NCBI GenBank assembly: GCA_034780895.1
Contig: JAUZTB010000063.1
Coordinates: 14,997,485-15,061,484, forward strand
Source of the DNA: Rhynchobatus australiae
Taxonomy: Eukaryota
DNA: 64,000 bases
Direction: 5' to 3'
Each line of letters opens with the position of its first letter. Within the stretch, counting starts at the first letter, position 1. Under the pieces are notes generated by a model. The model ran no database searches. It was not told the DNA's origin and saw nothing but the letters and a program-made list of their open reading frames with translations. Shown piece after piece: positions 35,765 through 48,245 of the stretch. The position numbers and the translations under genes are program-made.

Positions 35765-36140
35765 CTTTTATATTACTCTTTATTATCTCAGAATGTCCCA
35801 AAGTCTTTAATGATGTGTGTATGGTGTGGTTTATTTTGTAATTTAGGAAACACGGTGGTTGTTTGGTGAACAACAAAGTTTTGCAAGGAGTGCTGTGATG
35901 ATGTCGAGGTGAGTTTTGTTGATGCTGGTTTAGGCACAGATATTTCCTTTGAATAGTGTCATGGCATTTATTGTATCATTTAAGAGAGCACACAGGGTGT
36001 CTTCAATATCTGTTCTGACAGGTAACACTTGTAGTGGGTGCAAAGTTTTGCAGTAATTATCAGCCTAGATTTTGTGCGAAAGTTGTTGGATGTGACTTGA
36101 AACCAAAGGCTTCTGACACCAAGATATGAGTACTACCCAT
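35765..36140 (-). mobile_element. Decayed DeuSINE-like element
   Basis: ctcagaatgtcccaaagt (tail), ttgtaatttaggaaacacgg, cagcctagattttgtgc...gacttgaaacc...cttctgac (head). A related head fragment lies at 49085-49205. Confidence 0.6.
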
Positions 36141-37799
36141 GACTATGAGTACTACTTAAGGCTGGTTCATTCACAGTTCCACTTTCTGGGATCTGACAAT
36201 GGCTGTTACTAACTTTGATGTTTGTGGACCTTCGTTATTCACTTCATGGTTGGTCTCCTAGATCCTGAGCTTTACCCTAAAAGTATGTTCAAAGGTTTGG
36301 ATAAAATACAGTTAATTTAAAATCTGAAAATGTGCTGCAGCTGCCTCTGATGTTTATTTTGTAATGGTTCTGCTGTTCTTGCCCATTTGCTATGTAGTGG
36401 AATATTTAATTCAAATCAGTGGTTCCAATATTAGTGGTTTTCAGAGCTATTGGTATAATGTAATGGCTTGCAGCAGTTCAGGGGTTTGTGCAAAATCTTA
36501 ATTTTGTAGGAGGAAGGTTCTAACTTGCATCATTAGGTAACTGAAAACAAAAATATCAGAAGATTGTTTGGTGTATTACTGCTACTCTTGCTGGTGTAGA
36601 CATGGGTACACGATTTGCCAGCTTGTCCTATTTGCTCTCTTGGCTGCTTTGATTCCGTATCAGCAGACTTGCTATTGTGGTACATGAAGTAAGATTTTTC
36701 TTGATACCAGTTTTAACCCTCAAACTGCAGTCAAATTTGAAATGGTGTGTTGAATTATCTGTGTAGAGAGAAGTACACAATGTTTCTACCTGTCAGCTGT
36801 TGTGCAGAGGTGTTGTATCCTTTGCAGTCATAACCTATATTTTCAGCAGTAGCCGTTGGTTCTACCAGAGCAGCATTTCCTTCTGGAGAATAATTGGACG
36901 TGCATTATCTTTTTTTTAAAGAAAATTATTTCAACTTGGGGACATGGATGGAATAGATCCTTTTTTTCCTCTGACAGTTTTTGCTACTGATAATATAGAA
37001 TTGTACTCTGAAACTTTCCCAAAGGGCCATTTGTAAATGTTAGCTTCAGCAAAATATGTTGGCAAATTATTCATTCACAGAAAAAACATCATGGCTGATC
37101 CTCCATCTTGCTGTCAAGAGAGATCCACAGATGTATCCTTCTCAGACCAGGTTATAGATTGTTCTTCAAGAGTGGGGAACTTGCATTGATTCCTTCTCGC
37201 AATAAGTCACAAGCACCAATTGTTGCAAGGTATTGGGCTTGGATCTTTATAGTCTGTGTGCCTCAGCCATAAGTAGGCCATTCTTTCTCTGCATTTCCCT
37301 TTCCTTTCCTCGGACTTGACATTCTTTTCAAATGACATTGGTTCCCTTTCCTTCCATTTTGCATCAACTCTGCCATACACAATGGAGCCAAAAAAAGTAA
37401 TGAATATCTTTTTCCTTGAGCATCAAATTTGCTAGTATGGAAATGGGTACATAATTTGCCAGGTTGGCTTGTTGCTGTCTTGGCTGCTTTGCTTCCATAT
37501 CAGCAGACTTGCTGTTATGGTATATGAAGTAAGATTTTTTTTAAACCGGTTTTAACACACAACTACTATCAAATAGTATATGGCTGTGAACTGGAGATAA
37601 TTTGGAATCTGTTATATTCATCATTAAATGCTTGAACACTACTCCCAGTTTTTAGAAGTTATCTGTTGAAGTACTATCTTATACCTCATTGCCATATCTC
37701 CATTATTCTATGGAAGGTACAGAGAAATGGATGCTGCTACATTTTACAGATATACCATGTGCCTTATAGATTTAACTGGCTTTAAGAACATGGCAATAA

Positions 37800-37927
37800 A
37801 CATGAATGATAGAATAATGGAAGGCTATGTGGGTGGGAAGGGTTAGATAGATCTTAGAGCAGGATAAAATGTTGGCACAACATCATGGACCAAAGGGCCT
37901 GTACTATGCTGTAATGTTCTGTGTTCT
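37800..37927 (+). mobile_element. CR1 3' terminal fragment
   Basis: ggcacaacatcatggaccaaagggcctgtactatgctgtaatgttctgtgttct. Confidence 0.8.
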
Positions 37928-38356
37928 TAAACCTTCTGGTTCCATTATATAATTAGCAGATTGGATTTTTATTAAATATTTCCATTGCAAATTTGTTTGT
38001 GGGATTTCTTTACATTCAGTTAATTTGTCTGTGTTAAAACACTGGATCCAACCTTCTGGACTAACTGATTCCNNNNNNNNNNNNNNNNNNNNNNNNNNNN
38101 NNNNNNNNNNNNNNNNNNNNNNNNNNNNNNNNNNNNNNNNNNNNNNNNNNNNNNNNNNNNNNNNNNNNNNNNNNNNNNNNNNNNNNNNNNNNNNNNNNNN
38201 NNNNNNNNNNNNNNNNNNNNNNNNNNNNNNNNNNNNNNNNNNNNNNNNNNNNNNNNNNNNNNNNNNNNNNNNNNNNNNNNNNNNNNNNNNNNNNNNNNNN
38301 NNNNNNNNNNNNNNNNNNNNNNNNNNNNNNNNNNNNNNNNNNNNNNNNNNNNNNNN

Positions 38357-38510
38357 ATTAGCTACTGTTAATTGCCTTCTGGTGTTGATGGGTGGTAGTA
38401 GAATTAGTGGGCGTCCATGGGCAAGTGAGAGAGAAGTAAAAATAGTGGTGGAATGGGGTTGTTTGAGAGCTGGCATAGGCTTCCTTCTATGTTGTATGGA
38501 AATATGACAT
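38357..38510 (+). mobile_element. 3' part of a SINE emerging from a gap
   Basis: attagctactgttaattgcc...gagagctggcatagg...ccttctatgttgtatg. Confidence 0.5.
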
Positions 38511-38529
38511 TAGGAAAAGTTGTGGTTTT

Positions 38530-39850
38530 AATGCTAACCCTTGGGGAACTCCACTGAGCACTTCTTCCAGTCTAAAAAAGGTCTTTCACTTTTACTGTCT
38601 CTTTCTTTTTCTCAGCAAGTTGGTCATCTTTTGTTTTGTATCCCTCCTTATTTACATGCTTTTCTTTTGGAAGTCCATTTATTCCAGATCAACCGCATTT
38701 TCCCCATTGGTCATTTGTACATGTGGTTTGCTTTTAAATGTGTGCTAGTTTTCTCTAATTAATCCACACTTGTGCCAAGTGACTAGTAATGCTGCTTCTG
38801 ATTATTGTTTCTTGAACTTTTCTCACAGTAAAGGTTAAAGTAACTGGTCTATCATTGGCATGTGTTTCACCCATACCCTTTTTTAAACAAGGGTATAACT
38901 TCTGGAGTGGTCTAATACTGGGGCACCACCACTCATTTGGAAGATAATGGTCAGAACCTCTGCAATTGCCTCTCTTTTATTTCTCTCAGTAACCTAGGAC
39001 GTATTCAATCTGGGCCAGGTGATTTATGCACTTTAAATACAGCTCACCATTTAAGTTCCACATCTTTATCAATTTTAAGTCCATCCAAAATCTCGACTGC
39101 ATCTTTCTTCACTGAGTTTTCATCATAGCATCTACCTGGTAAAGGCTGATGTAAAGTACTCGTCCCATGCCATTTGCTTCCACCAGTAGATTTTCTTTTT
39201 ACGTTTCCTGCTAATCTCTTTTCATGCTTTCTCCTTGCTGTCCTTAAACATCCCCTCTGAATTACCAATAATTTAAAAAAAAGTAATCAGTTAAGTTCTC
39301 ATTTGTGCTAACAACATAGCATATGTCATTTTTTTTTGTCCTGCTCTTATTCAACGTGTCTTTTGTGGTGACCGATGGTGCTCTGTTTTTAACTTGACTG
39401 CGCTTATCCCTCATGAGAATCTACCCAGAAATATCTCCCCTTTAAAGGCCTCCCATTGATCAGTTGCAGTTTTCCCTGCCAGTCTTTGATTCAAGTTTAT
39501 CTCTTCCAGATATGTTTTCATCCACTACAATTGGCCTTTCTTGAATTGGCTGTTTTCACTTTGAAGTGGTCTGGATCCTTTTGCAGAACAATTCTAATTC
39601 TTATGCTGTTATGATTGCTGATTCTCTGAACACAATTAAGCTCCCCCTTTTCTTTGCCCTTGATGTGATTGCTACCCTTGTCAATAATTGGATAATTCAA
39701 CTCTCCAATATCAGGTCTCTGTAGTTATTGCACATCTCTGTAAATTCTTGGCAAATTTGCTCCTCAATATCCTACCCACTTGTCTGTAGCCTTTGAAATA
39801 TCTGCAGTAGTGCAATTTCTTGTTGTTCTTGTTTTTCTTGTTCATATAGC
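38530..39850 (-). mobile_element. Old decayed CR1-type LINE
   Basis: aaggttaaagtaactggtctat (reverse RPVxLT), tctgggccaggtgattt (reverse KSPGPD), ttttaaacaagggtataac (reverse VIPLFK). Confidence 0.7.
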
Positions 39851-40195
39851 TTGTTCAAGAAGGCTGTACTTCCCAGTGTAAATAAGGAAGAATACTTCTA
39901 TTTTGCTGCTGTGATTTAATATAACTAAGTCACAAAAAACCAATAGGATACCAGGTAAATGAGGAATAGCTGTTCATTTGAGACATTGTCTTTTGTTCTA
40001 CCCTATCCATCCCTGGGGCTAGATGCAAAAATTGCCCCATTTGTCCAGCATATCAGTGCTTTATTAGCAGAGCAGAAGGTCAGATGCACAGGCATTTGAC
40101 CTTCAGATCATTACAGACATCATGATGTCAAGGGCAAGCTGAGCCATTTCATATAAACAGTTGACAGTTCAATACAGAACTATTGGTTGTCAGTC

Positions 40196-40357
40196 AGAAT
40201 TGGGTTTATTATCACTGGCATATGTCATGAAATTTGTTGTTTTGTGGCAGCAGTACAGTGCAAAACATCTGTAAGTTACAAAAATAAATAAATAGTGCAA
40301 AAAAGGACCAACGTGGTAGTGTTCATGAGTTCATGGACCGTTCAGAAATCTGATGGT
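40196..40357 (-). mobile_element. 3' end of a non-LTR element (Rex1/Babar-like, tentative)
   Basis: ggtttattatcactg...gaaatttgttgttttgtggcagcagtacagtgcaa...catggaccgttcagaaatctgatgg, with minus-strand AATAAA at the end. Family assignment is from memory. Confidence 0.5.
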
Positions 40358-40359
40358 AA

Positions 40360-40930
40360 CCCATTTCTTTGCATCTCAGATTTGAATGGTTGGCTTTGTA
40401 TTTTTGACCCCTGGTTCTAGACATCCCAGCCAAGGAACTATCGTCTCTGTATTTAAGCCCTGTAAGATTTTGTACATTTTAATTGGATCACCTCTCATCC
40501 TGGTAAAATCAAGAGTCTCGGTTCGGTCTGCTTAATCCCTCCATATTATACTCCTATCCCATGATTCAGTCTTTGTTGCACTCCATTTATTGCAAGTGCA
40601 TCTTTCTTTTCGTAAGGAGACCAAACCTATGTGCAGTATTCCAGGTGCGGTCTTGCTGGGGCACAGTATAATTGTAGTAAGATGTCTTCAGCCTTGTATT
40701 CAAATCCTCTTGGAACAAAGGTTAGCATATCATTTGCTTTCCTAATTGCTACCTGTATATTAATATTCAGTGATTCACATACAAAGACAGCCAGGTCCCT
40801 CTAAACAGGAAAACCTATCAATCTTGCACTACTTAAAAAAATATACTGCTTTTCTGTTTTTTTCCAAAAAAGTGAATGACATAACATTTTTCAACAATAT
40901 GTGCTGTTGCACATATATTTAACCTGCCTA
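40360..40930 (-). mobile_element. Decayed CR1 3' region
   Basis: taaggagaccaaacctatgtgcagtattccaggtgcggtc is the reverse of RPHLEYCxxVWSP. Confidence 0.8.
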
Positions 40931-41874
40931 TTTCTTTTGAAATCTCAGAATGCAAGCTGCTGTTGTTGTAGTACGTATGTTGCAGTGTCAGTCATCAGGT
41001 TATCAGTAATAAAAAACATTGATAGGCTGAAGCCCTTTGACCATATGACACATTTACAAGTAAAGCGTAAATATATCGCAATATTTTATTCATCTCAAGT
41101 AGAATAACCCAATTGAAATCTGAGGTTTGTTCTTACAAAACAAAATTGGACCAATGGTGTCATAAATGGAGAGCAGCATGCAGTGACTTACAGTTACTTT
41201 CGCTTGTCTCGTGCAACTCCATGGGATAGTGATAGGGGGATAATTGGCTGAGGGCATCTCTAGTAAAATGGAAACACCCACTTCATGCCACTTTTTATAG
41301 AAGTAGGATAGAGACTTCTGATCTGGTAGAACTCGCAATTTGTTTAACAGGAATACACTAAAATGCTTTTAGCTGTTCAAATGGCAATAGTCTAGACGAA
41401 GCAACCCAGCATAAATAATAAGATATCCATAGTAAGTTTTTTTTAAATGAACAAACTGCCTATTTTTGCAAATTAGAGATGGTTCCGCTTCATTGAAATT
41501 GCTGTTGCTAAAATCCAGGTCTGGAAATAACTGCCTTTTATAGCAATTATCTCACCAATGAACAAATGCTGTTAGTGACAGTTCTAATCAATCGCAGCTC
41601 AGCGAGATTTTTTTTGCATAAAGCCACTACATCAAGTGAAATTACAGTGAATCAGTCCTGTAACTAAATGAAAATGTATTGCAAAAGAACAAAGTTAAAT
41701 TAAAGCTGCAACTCTGCAATTGTGCAGCATGTTTTCTGGAGAATTTGCTTTAGTGTGCATCTGGAGAGGATAGTTTGGTGTACATATATCTCTTCCTGTG
41801 TTGAATTTTGATTATTCACTTTTTATTTAAAAGTGAGCAGTTACAATTGACAAATTATTTTCTGACGTGAAAGC

Positions 41875-42205
41875 TTTCTTTTTTTTCTTTTTCAATCTTT
41901 TTTATTAGATTTCAAATCAGTACAGATTAATATATAGCATCAATGTTCATACATGTATTACAGAGAGAGCTGGATAACACTCATGTCTGAGATAATCATA
42001 CAATAAAATATATAAAAAAACAATTTGTAGGTCCAACCATCTCTTAGTTAATGAATAGAGTATAAAAGAAAGGAAAGAAAAAGATTTATTATATAAATTT
42101 AAAAAACGAAAAAGAAACCCCAAATCAATATAAAAAAATTATAAACAATGTAAACTAAGCAAAGAAAAATAAAAAAAAACTGGGCCAATATTTCTCAATA
42201 GAAAC
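41875..42205 (-). mobile_element. L1/Tx1-like 3' UTR with A-rich tail
   Basis: The minus strand ends aatctaATAAAaaagattgaaaaagaaaaaaaagaaag, preceded by a very T-rich tract. Confidence 0.55.
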
Positions 42206-42209
42206 AGAG

Positions 42210-43250
42210 CAGACTTTGTTTGGTGTGTCCAGGAAGTGTTCCTGACACAGTATGTGGACAGGCCGACAAGAGGAGAAGTCATTCTGGATCTAGTACTAGA
42301 CAATGAACCTGGACAGGTTCTTGGTGGGCAAGCATTTCAAAGATAGTGACCTCAGTTCCCTAACATTTGGCATTGCCATGGACAAGGATAAGAGCAGATG
42401 ATATGGAAAAATTTTTAATTGGGGGAGGGCTAATTAAGATGGTTTTTGGCAGGAACTTTGGTGCGTAAATTGTGAACAGATGCTCTGAAGGAAATGTACA
42501 ACAGAAATGTGGAGGCTGTTTAGGGAACACTTGCATGGGTTTCTGGATAGCTTTGTCCCACTGAGACAGGAAGAGGATGCTAGGGTAAAGGAACAATGGT
42601 TGACAAGAGAAGAGAAACATTTAGTGAAGAGGAAGAAGGAAGCATACTTAAGGTTTAAGAAGCAAAATTCAGGCAGGGCTCTTGAGAATTACAAGGTAGC
42701 CAGGAAGCAGCTTAAGAAGGGACTTAGGAGAGCTAGAAAGGGGCATGAGAAGGCCTTGGTGAGTAGGATTAAGGAAAACTCCAAGGCATTCTACACATAC
42801 TTGAAGAAAAGGAGGGTGACTAGGGTGAGGGTAGGACCACTCAGGGATAAAGGGGGAAAAGTGTGCCTGGAGGAGGAGGAGGCCTGGGAGGTCCTTAATG
42901 AATACTTTGCTTCAGTGTTCACTAGGGAGAGGGAAATTGATGAATGTGAGGTCAGCGTAGAACAGGTTAATGTTTTGGAGCATGTCGAGGTTAGGAAAGA
43001 GGCAGTGTTGGAGCTTCTGAAAAACATTTGGATATATAAGTCCCCAGGCCGAGATGGGATGTACCTCAGGTAACAGTGGGAAGCGAGGGAAGAGATTGCT
43101 GGGGCATTGTCAATTGATACTTGCATCATCCCTGGCCTTAGGAGTGGTGCCAGACGATGGCAAATGTTGTTCCCTTGTTCAAGAATTATAGACCAGTGAG
43201 TCTTACATCAGTGGTGGGCAAACTATTGGAGAGGATTCTTAGGGACAGGA
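42210..43250 (+). mobile_element. Young CR1 LINE ORF2 fragment (end of endonuclease, tether, start of RT), disrupted
   Basis: ILDLVLxNEPG at ~42281; ORF 42507-43073 (..KENSKAFYTY..VGPLRD..LNEYFASVFT..KSPGRDG); ANVVPLFK-NYRPVSLTSVVGKLLERILRDR. Contains stops and deletions. Confidence 0.93.
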
Positions 43251-43603
43251 NNNNNNNNNNNNNNNNNNNNNNNNNNNNNNNNNNNNNNNNNNNNNNNNNN
43301 NNNNNNNNNNNNNNNNNNNNNNNNNNNNNNNNNNNNNNNNNNNNNNNNNNTGCGAGTATTATAAATGACTTATTAAAGGGTGGTAGAAAGTAAATTGAAA
43401 AGTGCCTGGATCAAAGCCAAGTTGTGACTTAGTCCGTGGAGCGCCACCAACAGAATGTCAACGTGACAGCTATTTATTGATATGGTAGTTGAAGCAGTGC
43501 ATAGCGACCCCTGTGTTACAGTCGTTTGGGTAACGGAAATCTGCCCTTATAGAATTCACAAATCACTACCCAAAAATTTGAGATACAGGATAGAATTTGT
43601 GTG

Positions 43604-43735
43604 AAAAAAGTGTGTGTGTGTGTGTGTGTGTGTGTGAGTGTGCACACACACGCGCATATATATAAATAAATAATTTTCTATATATACACACACTTGTATA
43701 ATTATAGATATATATATACACACACACACTTTTTC
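43604..43735. repeat. (TG)n / (TA)n / (CA)n compound microsatellite with inverted arrangement
   Basis: aaaaagtgtgtgtg...cacacacacttttt. Confidence 0.9.
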
Positions 43736-44199
43736 CAACTCTCATTTCTGGTCTCTGAGCAGTTTGTTCACAGAAAGATCCCACAAACAGTAATATGTTG
43801 GTGATCTACTAATCAGCCTTAATGATTATTGTTTGGAATTGATTTAGTAGGTCCTGGAATTTGTGAATACTATTCACTTATTATATGGCATTTACTGCTG
43901 AATAATTGTTATGTATTAACCAACACTGCTTTTCATTCAAGCAACTCTCAATGAACTCCCACCTTTATCTGCTTAACTCTTCTGTTCACCATAGATTTCC
44001 CACCAATAGTATTTTTGTTGTCTGTTTGGAAGTGCTTTGTTCATTTTTGTTTTATAGTTCACCTCTTTTTACATTTATAAGTAAGAAAAGTTACCCTCCC
44101 TACCCATATTTTATCCCGATCAGTTGCAAGTATTCCCAGAGGGGGCACAAAGCAAATTTTCATATAAGACATATTTCTCCTGTTTTGCAAAAAAACAAA

Positions 44200-44560
44200 T
44201 TCTCAATATTCATGTAAAATGAGCTAATTTCCATTTTAGATAATGAGAAGATAATCATGTGTTAAGGGTATGTTAAATCAGCCAACAGATTGCCAGAGAA
44301 AAGAGCAGGGGAATTAACATTTGCTAGCTCTACCAAAAAGCTAACAAGTGCACAACCGGCATCTTCTATACTCAGTATTCTATTATTGTTTGTGTAGATG
44401 GAACAAGTTTTCCACATTGCACTCTTCCATTTTGCCAGTTCTTGATCTCTCATTTTTCCTTCCAAGATGCATCTTCACATTTCTCTGCATTATAATTCAT
44501 CTGCTTTTTGTTCATCCATTTCACTAGATGTTTGATGTATTCAAAGGTACATTCAAAGGT
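44200..44560 (-). mobile_element. Old CR1 fragment
   Basis: ORF 44450-44641 contains ..KWMNKKQMNYNAEKCE (cf. WQMxFNxxKC). Confidence 0.6.
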
Positions 44561-46867
44561 AGGTTTTATTTTCTTGTTCTCATTAATAATGGCAGTATAA
44601 AATGAGTAAATGGTTCTGTGTAGGGAATTGGATGGAAACATTGAGAAGAATCTGGTTAAGGTATAACATAATAAATGCTAACCACTGTAAAATGACTAAA
44701 CCCAAATTGAAGGATGTGAGGAAGGGTAAATATTTATGCCANNNNNNNNNNNNNCCATCTACTTATGGACAGGCCAAGGTACATGGTATCAGAACTGCTT
44801 GGTTAGTCAATTTCACCAGAAACTGGGCATCCATATAACAACTTGGTTATTCCAATTCCACTCAGTCAAGGATCCAGCCTATAGAAAAGTCTTGTCAGAA
44901 TACTTAATTGTATCTGAAGTGCATTACATAAAATTACATTACAGCTCTCACAACAGTCTTGTAGATTATGTATGTGTATAATGTGGCCATAGTATTGTAT
45001 CTATTCTGCTCTTAACACACTCTTAGGAAATAACAAATGTGCATTTTGATCATTAGATGTATTTTATGTTAAGTTCGAAACAAGTCATGGGGAGAATGGC
45101 GTAAACAAAGTAATCTGGTCCAGCTTTCTATCTTTCAGGAACCTGGTGATCTGCATTCAAACATTTCTTAAGTTAAAGGTATCTAAAATTTCCATTTGAC
45201 TTTATTTATATGCCTTGCCTCACTCGAGGGACATTGTCATAAGTTGTGCATTCTGAGGCATTGCAGAAAACTCAAGTGTGCTGGGTAATTAATGATTTGA
45301 GTATTTTGGAATTTTTCAGGCACCCATCAAAGTTATCTGTATATTGATAACTAATTAACATTTACTACCTCCATTTAATACCATTGTCTTTTCTTTCCTA
45401 TTGGTCTTTTGTGTATTTGCTGTACCATTTGCTGTACACAAAATGACAAATTACTGCAGAAAAAGCAGTTGTATGAAGTTCTTTGTTTTGCTGGATCAGA
45501 CATCTACAATAATAAAAATGCACATTTGTTTCTTTTGTTTTATACACAATGATAGTACAAGCACAGTGGAACACTTAAACAGTCCCTTCCTGGCCAGGTG
45601 GCCATAGTTTGCGCATCAGAACGCTTGTCCTCNNNNNNNNNNNNNNNNNNNNNNNNNNNNNNNATTCCAGAGTCTATGATTTCTGTGATAGTTGAGCGGG
45701 AGGAACTGCTGTGGGCAGGGTGGGGGCGTGGATTGAAGACCAGTGTTGATAATGAGCTTGCTCTGACTCCTCAGTGTCTTGTTTGCCCAGTATAGAAAAA
45801 TTACCTGTGGAGTATTTGTAAAGGAAGTTATAGAGAAGAACATGAGAGTTAAAAGGAAGGACACTGAGTTCAAAAACAAAGTTTATAATTAGTAGTGTTA
45901 AAGATTTTATTTATATGCTTTCTGCCTATGGTGACTCTGATGTAGCAATTAAGGACAAAGTGCTGAAGGTGTGAAGTTCATTGAGTTTCTACAAACTAAT
46001 TGAGTCATCATTGATTAATTACTTTCTGCAAGTTGCAGATTTGGCTGAAGTGAATCAATTGTAGCTGTTCCATTATGGGTATCTTTGGACATCAGCTAAT
46101 ATTACCTTTTCACCTATGTGGGTTGCTTGACTTGACCATATATGGCTATGGAATGGAATGAGCCTGATCAACAGCCGGTGTACATCCTTCTGTTATTGGC
46201 CTTTATTAAAGTCCCAAACTGGAATTTTCAGAACTATTTTTCTTTAAACATGTTTTCTCTGATGGGTTGCTCACTGGGCATCATTGCTGGTTAATGTTCT
46301 CAAAACACATATAGGAGTAACTACATGCTGAACAAGCAGAGGGTGGGGGAGGTAGCGGGTGGGGAACTGCAATCCGTATAGGCTATGCTGAGTAGTTTCT
46401 ATTAACATGGTAATGAATGACCTTGTTAGTTTGCTTACATTTATTATTCATAACTTAGTCCTTTGCATCTCCCATCTGTTTAAAAAAAACTGAAAGGATT
46501 GAGATTTGAGTTGTTTTTATTTTGAAAATCGAAAAATTGTAGATATCGTGGCTAGAAAATTATGTTAAACATACTGTCAGCCTTTTGTCTGGCTTTACAA
46601 GATATATTTTAACAAAAAGCCACCGGTCCCACAACGAGCCTGATTTTCAGATAGCTACTTTAATAGTAATCTTTCAGTAAGCATTTTAACAGGGAGGAGA
46701 AATGCCTGTGTCACTTTATCCCAGGAAGAGATGTGAATGCTTGTTTCTAATTCAAAGCTGATGAATGCATTGTCTCTGCAAAACATGCCTTTTCCTATTT
46801 GTATTTACTGACTCACTGATGCTGTGTGACAGAACACTATCTTGCTGTGATACCTTGAAAATACCTT

Positions 46868-46986
46868 TGCAGTTCAACCCAGATAAGTGTGAAGTGGTTC
46901 ATTTTGGTGGGTCAAATATGATGGCAGAATATAGTATTAATGGTAGGACTCTTGGCAGTGTGGAGGATCAGAGGGATCTTGGGGTC
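46868..46986 (+). mobile_element. Young CR1 fragment running into a gap
   Basis: QFNPDKCEVVHFGGSNMMAEYSINGRTLGSVEDQRDLGV. Confidence 0.9.
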
Positions 46987-47961
46987 NNNNNNNNNNNNNN
47001 NNNNNNNNNNNNNNNNNNNNNNNNNNNNNNNNNNNNNNNNNNNNNNNNNNNNNNNNNNNNNNNNNNNNNNNNNNNNNNNNNNNNNNATTGTGCCGTAGTT
47101 TTTCTATGTTTTCTAAAATTTGGTGGGGAAAAAAGCTGGTGAATTGCTGCATGTGTACAATTATTCCAGAGCAGAAACTGTTGGAACAAGGATGTACCCA
47201 TTCAGCACAAAATGGTATTTGAATGATTGAACTTTGATCAATCAAAGCGATTTAACAGAAAATTGGGTGTAAAGTTTTTTTGGCATTTGCCTAGTTTATG
47301 GGTTGATGGCTGAATTTCACTTGATATGTATAGAATAGATATTAAGAACAGAATTTGACTGTTTCATGATTCTTTCACTGTTGAACAGGCTAATGATCCC
47401 CTGTGTAGACCTGAAAGGCCCATTTGAACACTTAAAAGTACTTCTTGGATAAAACCTGATATAAAATGGCTTCTTCAGGAAAGTTGGAAAGAAGTCAAGG
47501 AGTCTAGATTGAGGAACTATGGCATGAGGTAGGGCAGGGGTGGGAAAATAGATTTGTCATAAGGGCCAACAGTTTCCCTTGTTTTCCATGCCTTGGAATG
47601 TTCTAATGTATAATGGCAGCCATACATTGTTAATATACAAATATTTCTAGCCGTCATCAATGGTGTGCATGCAATGTCACTGATAAATAGGTTTCTTTGC
47701 AGAAGGAAAGGGAGTTCTATTGTATGGCTGAGTATTTGTGTGACACACAATGTATTTCCTGTAGCTGTGCAGATGGCTCCAATACCAATTGAATTCCAAC
47801 CTTGACACCTTTCCATGTAATGTATTCAAATTGTTGCACAACCATTTCTCAATGAACTAGCAACTATTAGTGGCACCATTAGATGTGTAATGACTTTTAA
47901 TACAGAAATAATCAGAGAGAGATTGCTGATGTCATATTTCTCATGAAGATCACTGATGAAA

Positions 47962-48245
47962 GATTTAAGATTAAGATTTCTTTATTAGTTACATGTACAT
48001 CAAAACACACAGTGAAATGCATCTTTGCATACGGTGTTTAGGGGCAGCCCGCAAGCGTCGCCACACTTCCAGGTCCAACGTAGCATGCCCACAACTTCCT
48101 AATCTGTAAGTATTTGGAATGTAGAGGAAACCCATGCAGTCACAGGGAGAATGTACAAACTCCTTACAGACGGTGGCTGGAATTGAGCCCGGGTTCCTGG
48201 AGCTGTAACAGTGTTATGCAAACCGCTACACTACCATGCCTGCCC
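47962..48245 (-). mobile_element. HE1/V-SINE-like tRNA-derived SINE with an alternative tail
   Basis: B-box GGCTCAATTCC (48179-48189, minus) and core gtctgtaaggagtttgtacattctccc shared with the 61628 copy. The tail ends AATAAAgaaatcttaatcttaaatc. Confidence 0.85.

Noticed and set aside
42507-43073. 188-aa ORF as a host gene or domesticated element
   Set aside because: It is a CR1 ORF2 fragment flanked by stops and deletions.
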